Below are positions 52,370 through 59,299 of a DNA stretch of 59,299 nucleotides, piece after piece (within the stretch, counting starts at the first letter, position 1; every line of letters begins with the position of its first letter). The notes beneath the pieces were generated by a model that saw only the letters and a program-made list of their open reading frames with translations, did not search any database and was not told the origin of the DNA. The position numbers were made by a program, and so were the translations under genes. Source of the DNA: Dehalococcoidia bacterium (GTDB lineage: Bacteria; Chloroflexota; Dehalococcoidia; UBA2979); the NCBI GenBank assembly GCA_034406555.1, contig DASCRM010000013.1:1-59299 (forward strand), in the 5' to 3' direction.

Positions 52370-53178
52370 CGACCGTCCTCCAGCACCGACGGTACGACCA
52401 CCGGCGCGCCGCTCCGCGGATGGCGCATCACGCTCACCCGCTCCCCGTAGACGCGTCGCACGGTCTCCGCCGTCAACACGTCCGAGGGCGTACCCGTCGC
52501 GACGATGCGCCCGCCGTCTATCAGTGCGATGCGATCGCAGTATGCGCCCGCCAAGGTGAGGTCGTGCACCACAACCAGCACGCCCGCGCCCTCCTGAGCG
52601 AGTTCGCGCAGCGTCTCGAAGATCGCGCCCTGCGCCTCCGGATCGAGGTTCGCCGTCGGCTCGTCGAGCAGCAACAGCGAGGGCTCCTGCGCCAGCGCGC
52701 GGGCGATGAACGCGCGCCGCCGTTCGCCGCCCGAGAGGGTGCCGAGGGCGCGGTCGGAGAACATCTCGCAGCCCGCTCGCCGCATCGCCTCGTCGACGAC
52801 GCGGTAGTCGTGCGCCGACTCGCGGCCGAGCAAGCGGAGGTACGGGTTGCGGCCGAGCAGTACGAGTTCGCCGACGGTGATCGTCGAGGGCGCCTCAGGC
52901 AGTTGCTGCACGACGGCGATGCGGCGGGCCAGCTCGAGCCGGCTGAAGCTATCGAGCGCGCCACCATCGAGCTCGATCTGGCCTCGATCGGCCGGCACCA
53001 CGCCGGTCGTGGCGCGCAGCAGCGTCGTCTTGCCCGCGCCGTTCGGCCCGGCGAGGCCGAGCAGCTCGCCACCGCGCAGATCGAGGTCGACGCCATCGAG
53101 GATGTGCGCGTCGCCGATCGTGACGTGCAGGTCGCTGACCGCTAGCAGCGGAGCCTCGGTTGTGGTGACGGCGGTCAT
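52366..53178 (-). CDS. Cobalamin/iron-chelate ABC ATP-binding protein (BtuD-like)
   Basis: GPNGAGKTT, LSGGERRR, LDEPTANLD; ATG 53178. Confidence 0.92.
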   Translation of the reverse strand: MTAVTTTEAPLLAVSDLHVTIGDAHILDGVDLDLRGGELLGLAGPNGAGKTTLLRATTGVVPADRGQIELDGGALDSFSRLELARRIAVVQQLPEAPSTITVGELVLLGRNPYLRLLGRESAHDYRVVDEAMRRAGCEMFSDRALGTLSGGERRRAFIARALAQEPSLLLLDEPTANLDPEAQGAIFETLRELAQEGAGVLVVVHDLTLAGAYCDRIALIDGGRIVATGTPSDVLTAETVRRVYGERVSVMRHPRSGAPVVVPSVLEDGR

Positions 53179-54275
53179 CGCAGGCCGTCCACACGACGGG
53201 TCGTGAGCAGGTAGAGGAAGAAGGGGGCGCCGGCGGCGGCTGTGACGATCCCGACCGGCACCTCCTGCGGGACCAGCACGGTACGCGCCAGCACGTCCGC
53301 CAGAATCAGGAATGCAGCGCCCAGCAGCGCCGTCAGCGGCAACAGGCGGCGGTGATCCCCTCCGAACAGCATGCGTACGACGTGGGGGACGATCAGGCCG
53401 ACGAAGCCGATCACTCCCGCGATCGCCACTGCCGTGGCGGCGACCAGCGAGGCGCCGGCGAGCACGATCAGCTTCACCTTCGTCACATCGACGCCCAGCT
53501 GCGTCGCCTGCTCGTCGTCCAGTTGCAGCACGTTGAGGATGCGACTGAAGGCGGCAACCACGCCCGCGCCGACCAGCAGGTACGGCAGCGCGAACAGCAG
53601 GCGGTCCCAGCTCGATGTGTTGAAGCTGCCGAAAAGGAAGCTGAGGATCGGCCGCGCCAGCTCTCCGCCCGTGATCAGGATGAACGAGGTGGCAGCGCCG
53701 AAGATCGCGGAGACGGCGACCCCCGCGAGAACCAACGTCGTATTCGAGCCCGCCCGCCCGACGCGCGAGACGACGTAGGCGATAGTGACGGCGATCGAGG
53801 CCCCGACGAAAGCGAACACGGGCACCCAGCCGAATCCGTAGCTGCTCCCTCCGAGCGGCGAGATCACCGCGATTGCCGCGCCCAGCCCTGCACCGGCCGC
53901 GACGCCCAGCAGGAATGGGTCGGCTAGCGGGTTGCGGAAGACGCCCTGGTAGGCCGCCCCCGAGAAGGAGAGCGCCGCGCCCACCACGCCGGCCGTCAGC
54001 ACCCGAGGCAGGCGGACATCGACGACGATGCGCTCCCACGACGCCGGCGCCGAGACGTCGAGCTCGATGAGCGGCAACTGGTCGATCAGTAGTGCAAGCG
54101 TCGTGCGGGCGGGGATCGCCGCCGCGCCCTGCGTCAGCGCGAAGGCGCCCACTGCAGCGAGCACGACCCAGCCGAGCGTGACCGGGCCAAAGCGTGCGAA
54201 CGAACCTCGACGGTACGCGCCCGCCTCGGCGGCCGGGGTCTGCGGTGCCGGGGTTTGGGAGGTCGTCGACTGCAA
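53175..54275 (-). CDS. FecCD/BtuC-family permease
   Basis: RLPRV, FRNPLADP..LG, IGFVGLIVPH, GAPFF; TTG 54275 after GAGGGG. Confidence 0.93.
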   Translation of the reverse strand: MQSTTSQTPAPQTPAAEAGAYRRGSFARFGPVTLGWVVLAAVGAFALTQGAAAIPARTTLALLIDQLPLIELDVSAPASWERIVVDVRLPRVLTAGVVGAALSFSGAAYQGVFRNPLADPFLLGVAAGAGLGAAIAVISPLGGSSYGFGWVPVFAFVGASIAVTIAYVVSRVGRAGSNTTLVLAGVAVSAIFGAATSFILITGGELARPILSFLFGSFNTSSWDRLLFALPYLLVGAGVVAAFSRILNVLQLDDEQATQLGVDVTKVKLIVLAGASLVAATAVAIAGVIGFVGLIVPHVVRMLFGGDHRRLLPLTALLGAAFLILADVLARTVLVPQEVPVGIVTAAAGAPFFLYLLTTRRVDGLR

Positions 54276-54374
54276 CGAAAACCCCCTCGATATCGCGAGG
54301 GGCCGCGGACAACGGCCGGCCGGAGCGGGATCGCTCTGGCGGTGCGTCGCTCGGTCCTCGCGAGCTCTGACACT

Positions 54375-54473
54375 GACGCAGCCGGTACTCTGGCTTCGCT
54401 GCTCCGTCGTCGTCGGGCGGCTCACAGTTGCGGGACAGCGCCGGAATTGCACCGGCTTCCCCGAATCTGCGTC
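54375..54473 (-). ncRNA. Cobalamin riboswitch (compact form)
   Basis: GGGAAGCCGGTGCAATTCCGGCGCTGTCCCGCAACTGT...AGCCAG closed by GACGCAG/CTGCGTC, upstream of btu/cob genes. Confidence 0.92.
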
Positions 54474-54537
54474 GAGTGATCCGACCTTACCACGGGGCCG
54501 TGTACGCAGCCTGCTCCGTGCCCTCCCGTGCCTCGCG

Positions 54538-54566
54538 TTGACGGCAATCACGACTGTGAGTAACCT
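54538..54566 (+). promoter_or_regulatory. Sigma70-type promoter for leader/GNAT operon
   Basis: TTGACG-17-TAACCT. Confidence 0.6.
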
Positions 54567-54575
54567 CGCTCGACC

Positions 54576-54668
54576 ATGCAGAAGCTCTTCTCCGGTCGTA
54601 CGAACGAGCGCCGCGATCTGATGATCGCGTCGACCCCGTACACCCGAGGGGCCGGGGGCATGACCTAG
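54576..54668 (+). CDS. Putative 30-aa leader peptide MQKLFSGRTNERRDLMIASTPYTRGAGGMT
   Basis: Short ORF between promoter and terminator; its last codons overlap the antiterminator arm. Confidence 0.55.
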   Translation: MQKLFSGRTNERRDLMIASTPYTRGAGGMT

Positions 54669-54725
54669 TCGACACCGACAGTTCTGCCAGCCGACCGGCC
54701 CCTCGAATGACGGGTCGGTTTTTTT
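54645..54725 (+). terminator. Attenuator with competing antiterminator and terminator
   Basis: CGAGGGGCCGG (54645-55) is complementary to CCGGCCCCTCG (54695-705); GCCGACC/GGTCGGT stem + T7. Confidence 0.7.
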
Positions 54726-54771
54726 GTGTAGCGCCTCGAACGGCAGCCGAGGCGAATCGAAGGAGCGAGCG

Positions 54772-55356
54772 ATGCCACTGACCGGAGAGCGCGTCCAACT
54801 ACGGGCGATCGAACGTTCCGATGCCCCGAAGTTCTACGAGTGGGTCAACGACCGCGAGGTGACCGAGCACCTGGGCCTCTTCTACCCGGTTTCGCTCAGC
54901 TCCGAGGAGGAGTGGGCGGAGCAAGCCGCGAAGGCGAACGCCTACGGCGATGCGCAGTTCGCGATCGAGATCGCCGAGACCGGCGAGCACATCGGCAACT
55001 GCGACATGCACCAGGGCAGCGTGGAGAACCGCTCATGCGAGATCGGCATCCTGATCGGCGCGAAGGAGCACTGGGGCAAGGGTTACGGCACGGACGCCTT
55101 TCGTGTCCTCGTCACTTTCGCCTTCCGCCAGCTGAACATGCGGCATGTGGTGCTGCTCGTCGACGAAGATCATCCCGGGGGGATCACGGCGTATGAGCGT
55201 GCAGGCTTTCAGCAGGATGGGCGCGATCGCGCCGCGCACTGGTCACGTGGTCGTGCGGTCGACTTCGTCACCATGAGCATCCTGCGCGAGGAGTTCGATG
55301 CGCAGTACGGGGCGCATGACGATTGGGTGAAGGAGGCGGTCGATGCTTCCGGCTAA
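54772..55356 (+). CDS. RimJ/RimL-like GNAT acetyltransferase
   Basis: LTGERVQLRAIE, EIGILIG...WGKGYGT, YERAGF. Confidence 0.9.
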   Translation: MPLTGERVQLRAIERSDAPKFYEWVNDREVTEHLGLFYPVSLSSEEEWAEQAAKANAYGDAQFAIEIAETGEHIGNCDMHQGSVENRSCEIGILIGAKEHWGKGYGTDAFRVLVTFAFRQLNMRHVVLLVDEDHPGGITAYERAGFQQDGRDRAAHWSRGRAVDFVTMSILREEFDAQYGAHDDWVKEAVDASG

Positions 55357-55915
55357 CGCAGGGCTGATCGGCCAGCGTGTGCGCTTGCGCCCGTTCGAGG
55401 AGGGCGACGCGACGCTGTTTCAGCAGTGGTTCAACGACGCAGAGACGCTGAGCTGGCTCGGCAACGTCGGCTATCAGATCTCGCTGTCGGCGGAGGAGCA
55501 ATTCATTCGCAACCAGAACGAGAACGATTGGGAGCACGGCGTCGCGCTGGCGATCGAGGCGACCGACCGGGGCGATCAGCCGGTGCTGATCGGCAATATC
55601 GTGCTACGCGGCCTCAGCGCGGAGCATCGCCACGCCGAGGTTGGGATCGCCATCGGCGACGGCGAGAGCCGCGGGCGGGGCTATGGCGAGGATGCGATGC
55701 GCACGATCTGCCGCCATGGGTTCGAGGATCTGGACCTCCACCGCATTGAACTGACCACGCTCTCCTATAACGCGCGGGCCGTGCGTAGCTACGAGAAGGT
55801 GGGCTTCGTGCTCGAAGGTCGCAGGCGCGAGCACAGTTACAAGGGCGGGCGCTACTGGGATCTGCTGCACATGGGACTGCTGCGCAGCGACTTCAGAGCG
55901 GCTGAAGGGGAGTAG
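55343..55915 (+). CDS. RimJ/RimL-like GNAT acetyltransferase (paralogue of upstream gene)
   Basis: LIGQRVRLRP, EVGIAIG..RGRGYG, N.RA...YEKVGF..EG. Confidence 0.92.
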   Translation: MLPANAGLIGQRVRLRPFEEGDATLFQQWFNDAETLSWLGNVGYQISLSAEEQFIRNQNENDWEHGVALAIEATDRGDQPVLIGNIVLRGLSAEHRHAEVGIAIGDGESRGRGYGEDAMRTICRHGFEDLDLHRIELTTLSYNARAVRSYEKVGFVLEGRRREHSYKGGRYWDLLHMGLLRSDFRAAEGE

Positions 55916-55919
55916 GGCA

Positions 55920-56702
55920 GTGTCCTCACCCGCCCGCCGTCCGCTGCTCGACCCGCTCTACAGCGAGTTTGCGGAGCAGTACGACGAGCGCTACTCCGGG
56001 CAGACGAGCATCGGCGTGGATGGCGATATCGCCTTCTACACGAGGCTCGCGAGGGAGGCGAACGGGCCGGTGGTGGAGCTGGCCGTCGGCACCGGTCGCG
56101 TCGCGATCCCGATCGTGCTCGCGGGCGTGCGGGTGCTGGGACTCGATCTCTCACCTCAGATGCTCTCGATCGCCCGGCGTAAGGCGGCCGAGCAACAGAT
56201 CGAGCGTGAGTTGAGCCTCGTCGTGGCCGACATGCGTCGGTTCGCGCTGACGCGGCCAGCGGCGCTGATCACAATCCCGGCGCGGGCGTTCATGCACAAC
56301 CTGACCACGGACGACCAGCTCGCGACCCTCGCTGCCTGCCGGGCGGCGTTGCGGCCAGGCGGGCGGCTGGCGCTGAACATCTTCAACCCGGACCTGGAGC
56401 TGATCGCGCACTGGATGCAGCTCCCACCGGAGGACCGCGAGCAGCCGGGCACACAGCTGCCCGGAGAGCTGGAGGCGCGCGACTATGACCCCTCGGAGCA
56501 GTGCGTCGACACGCGGCTCCGGATCAAGGGCTCAGACGGTCGCAGCGTGATCGCGTTCCGGCTGCGCTGGGTCTATCGCTTTGAGATGCAGCACCTGCTC
56601 GCGCGCAGCGGATTCGAGGTGGAGGCACTCTACGGCGACTTCGTCGGGAGCCCCTTCGGTACCACCTCGACGGAGCTAGTCTGGGTCGCGAAAGCGGTGT
56701 GA
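55920..56702 (+). CDS. Class I SAM-dependent methyltransferase
   Basis: VELAVGTGR, GLDLSPQML, ADMR, LRPGG. Confidence 0.9.
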   Translation: MSSPARRPLLDPLYSEFAEQYDERYSGQTSIGVDGDIAFYTRLAREANGPVVELAVGTGRVAIPIVLAGVRVLGLDLSPQMLSIARRKAAEQQIERELSLVVADMRRFALTRPAALITIPARAFMHNLTTDDQLATLAACRAALRPGGRLALNIFNPDLELIAHWMQLPPEDREQPGTQLPGELEARDYDPSEQCVDTRLRIKGSDGRSVIAFRLRWVYRFEMQHLLARSGFEVEALYGDFVGSPFGTTSTELVWVAKAV

Positions 56703-56789
56703 AGCGCTGTGAGGCGGCTGAAGAAGTGGCGGTTGAACGGGGAAATGGAACAACGAAAGTAATGGTCAGGAATGTTTCAGAGTGGCCGG

Positions 56790-56853
56790 TTGACATTCCT
56801 CGCGGGCTCAGTATGCTCTTGTAGTCACAATCACTAATCAAACGCGATTGTGA
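56790..56853 (+). promoter_or_regulatory. Promoter plus downstream inverted repeat
   Basis: TTGACA-16-TATGCT; TCACAATC-N13-GATTGTGA at 56825-56853. Confidence 0.6.
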
Positions 56854-56871
56854 TAGACGCAAGGTGCGTCA

Positions 56872-56987
56872 TGCCGAATTCGTCTGTAAGGACGGACCGG
56901 GGGAACCACTCACTGGGGTGAATCCTCTCTTCGGAGAGGTAGGGTCAAATCTGCTCGACCCGAACCCGTCAGCTAACCCCGGAGGCA
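56872..56987 (+). ncRNA. c-di-AMP (ydaO-type) riboswitch
   Basis: GCCGAAT...CGGGGGAACC...GGGGTGAATC...GTAGGG...CCCGAACCCGTCAGCTAACCCCGGAGGC. Confidence 0.92.
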
Positions 56988-57047
56988 GAGGAAAGCAGGC
57001 CCAGTCGGTGGGATACCGACGGCTCAGGTTCCTACAGGAGGCGCGAA

Positions 57048-57260
57048 GTGATCACTTCCGCACCGCCAAAGAATTGTCCCCGCTGCAACGGCCTGATCAT
57101 CGTTGAAGACGATGCGTACGGTCAGTTCGGCACCTGCATCGCCTGTGGATTCGTCCACGAGTCGCAGCGTCCCGACCCGCAGGAATTGCTCGAGGAGGAG
57201 CGACTGGCTGCCGGCAAGCAGCGCCGTCGCCAGCCCTCACACGGCAAGCTTCGGCTCTAG
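57048..57260 (+). CDS. Small Zn-ribbon protein
   Basis: CPRC-x16-CIACG, basic tail; AGGAGG before GTG. Confidence 0.8.
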   Translation: MITSAPPKNCPRCNGLIIVEDDAYGQFGTCIACGFVHESQRPDPQELLEEERLAAGKQRRRQPSHGKLRL

Positions 57261-57314
57261 ATCGATGACGGCCGCGGACTGAGTTCGCTCGGTTCCGCCG
57301 GCGTCAGCGCTGAT

Positions 57315-57342
57315 GAAGGCCCGCCTACTCTGGGGGGCCTTC
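57315..57342 (+). terminator. Possible terminator hairpin
   Basis: GAAGGCCC...GGGCCTTC; weak U-tract. Confidence 0.45.
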
Positions 57343-57549
57343 TGTGTGCCCCGAGTTTCTGAGTGATCGCTGACGGAGTGCTCAGCTTCGCTCCGGGCAG
57401 ACGCGTAACGCGTAGGCTAACGAGCGATTGATGCGTCAGGGAATATCCGAATTCAATCAGGGACTACTGGTTGGAATCACGGGGGTTCCCCTATGCGGTC
57501 AATCAGGGGCGACACATAGGCTTCTCGTCGTTGGAGAGCGAGGTGCTTC

Positions 57550-57759
57550 GTGCCAGAACTTGAGATCGTTACATCGGAACGCAACAGTTGTGTGCACCAC
57601 TGGGTCCTCAACGACCCGGCGGGCGGCGAAGTTCAGGGGGAGTGCCGGCGATGCCTTGCGACCAGGGCGTTCCCGGCTAGCCCGGAGTCGACCCAGCGAT
57701 TCGACGACTACAGAGAGATGACCGCGCCCACCGGTTACCCGCAGCGGCTATCGGCCTAG
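57550..57759 (+). CDS. Small putative Zn-binding protein
   Basis: CVHHW...GECRRC; GAGGTG before GTG. Confidence 0.7.
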   Translation: MPELEIVTSERNSCVHHWVLNDPAGGEVQGECRRCLATRAFPASPESTQRFDDYREMTAPTGYPQRLSA

Positions 57760-57862
57760 CGATCGTCTGAGGGTTCCCGCATCGTCTCGGGTTTCGACCC
57801 GGATCTTTGCGCCGTTGTTCCCGACGATTTGAAACAATCGATAGCTTCCCATTGGTGGTGGT

Positions 57863-58423
57863 ATGACCAGCAACGAGCGTCGCCGAGACATGGCTCCGGT
57901 GACCCGCACACGTACCGGCAGAAACGGTGTGCAGAGGCTGGGCCTCCTGATTGTCGATGATCACGCACCGCTCCGGCAGGCGCCGAGAGCGCTGATCGAT
58001 GGCCAGGAAAACCTGGAGGTGATCGGCGAGGCGACGAACGGCCGCGACGCGGCCGAGGAAGCCGAGCGGCTGCGCCCCGACGTCGTGCTGATGGACATGG
58101 TGATGCCCGGCCGGAACGGTATCGAGGCGACCCGCCAGATCCACACGCGTGCGCCGTCCTGCCGCGTGCTGATCCTGACTCGTAAGGCTGATCAGGCCGT
58201 CGTGATCGATGGCACCACCACCGTGCGTGTGCTCTCGATTGATGGTGACCGCGTAAAGCTGGGCATCGATGCCCCGGCCGAGATCGCCGTTGTGCGGGAC
58301 GAGTTGCTGCGCGAGGTCGCCGACGAGAATCAGCAGGCGGCGCGAACGGCCAGCGGTCCGGCGCTCCAGGATTCGCTGCGCTCACTCGGACGCGCCGCCG
58401 GGGGCTCCCGACGGGCTGACTAG
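57863..58423 (+). CDS. csrA: Chimeric ORF: partial NarL-type receiver fused in frame to CsrA (CsrA part 58166-58423)
   Basis: IVDDH...PDVVLMDMVMP..NGIEATRQI then VLILTRK...VKLGIDAP....V.RDEL..EV..EN; start uncertain. Confidence 0.8.
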   Translation: MTSNERRRDMAPVTRTRTGRNGVQRLGLLIVDDHAPLRQAPRALIDGQENLEVIGEATNGRDAAEEAERLRPDVVLMDMVMPGRNGIEATRQIHTRAPSCRVLILTRKADQAVVIDGTTTVRVLSIDGDRVKLGIDAPAEIAVVRDELLREVADENQQAARTASGPALQDSLRSLGRAAGGSRRAD

Positions 58424-58670
58424 CCTCCTCGAGCCACCCCGTAGCCAAAAGCTGCGCGGCCGGATCACAGATTGTTTACACTTTTGGCGCGGGGGGCCAA
58501 CGTCTCGTGTTCATGATTGGACGCAGGACGGACCGGTCCACCCGGCGTTTGCGTAAAAACCAGTGGTGGGAGCGATTGCGAATGACGGCGTGACCCCTTC
58601 GGGGTACGTGGACCGGTCCGTACTCATCCTCTTCACTCACCACGGCTGGGACTGAGCCAAGAGGCCTCCG

Positions 58671-59299
58671 ATGTCCGCCAAGATTCTTGTCGCCGACGAC
58701 GAACAGAACATCGTCCGGCTGCTGCGCCTCTATCTCCGCAACGAGGGCTACGAGGTGGTGGCCGCTTCTGATGGCCGGCGGGCGCTCGACCGCTTCGCGA
58801 CAGAGTCGCCCGACCTCGTACTGCTCGACCTGATGATGCCGGAGCTCGGCGGCTTCGAGGTCTGCACGGAAATTCGCAAGAGTTCCGATGTGCCGGTGAT
58901 CATGCTCACCGCGCGCTCCGACGACGTCGACAAGATCGTCGGTCTGGAGATGGGCGCGGACGACTACATCACCAAACCGTTCAACCCTCGCGAGGTGATC
59001 GCGCGCGTGAAGGCGGCACTGCGCCGTCGCGACTGGGATCGTACGGAGCCCGCAGAGCCCGTGGCCGTGACGGTCGACAACGTCACGCTCGACCCATCGA
59101 GCAGAGACGTCACCGTCGCTGGCGAGAAGGTGCGGCTGCGCCAGCGTGAATTCGACCTGCTGGAGGCGTTCCTGAGACACCCGAACGTCGTGCTTGACCG
59201 TGAGCGTTTGCTGACGATGGTCTGGGGTGCCGACTACTACGGTGACCCGCGCACGATCGATGTCCACGTCGCGTGGCTACGCGACAAGCTGAAGCAGAG
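58671..59299 (+). CDS. OmpR-family response regulator (3' truncated by window edge; absent from ORF track)
   Basis: MSAKILVADDE, DLVLLDLMMP, PVIMLTAR, GADDYITKPF, REFDLL, RTIDVHV. Confidence 0.95.
   Translation, partial: MSAKILVADDEQNIVRLLRLYLRNEGYEVVAASDGRRALDRFATESPDLVLLDLMMPELGGFEVCTEIRKSSDVPVIMLTARSDDVDKIVGLEMGADDYITKPFNPREVIARVKAALRRRDWDRTEPAEPVAVTVDNVTLDPSSRDVTVAGEKVRLRQREFDLLEAFLRHPNVVLDRERLLTMVWGADYYGDPRTIDVHVAWLRDKLKQ

Overview
High-GC bacterial chromosome segment. F420 genes, small Zn-ribbon proteins and a GAAC-N4-GTWC LexA box suggest Chloroflexota/Dehalococcoidia-like origin; this is inference. In order, the window holds: the end of the ribosomal superoperon (map-infA-rpmJ-rpsM-rpsK-rpsD-rpoA-rplQ-truA-rplM-rpsI); a minus-strand SAM-cycle/MTA-salvage run (apt, mtnA, HNH, mtnP, GNAT, ahcY, metK) plus sugar-phosphate genes; a thiol-redox neighbourhood; several decayed genes; tRNA-His; a probable 6S-like RNA; an MshC-like CysRS paralogue; lexA, holA, cofE/npdG and an NMT1-type ABC transporter; HtrA; a cobalamin-riboswitch-led salvage operon; GNATs behind a leader-peptide attenuator; a c-di-AMP riboswitch; a receiver-CsrA chimera; and a partial OmpR regulator. 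The strongest signal missed by the ORF track is a selenoprotein. The ferredoxin:thioredoxin reductase catalytic subunit has TGA in place of the last Cys of its CHC motif, followed by a SECIS-like hairpin and 64 more sense codons. It lies next to a CsoR-operator-controlled thioredoxin and about 1.1 kb from tRNA-Sec. All calls come from reading the sequence; no searches were run.
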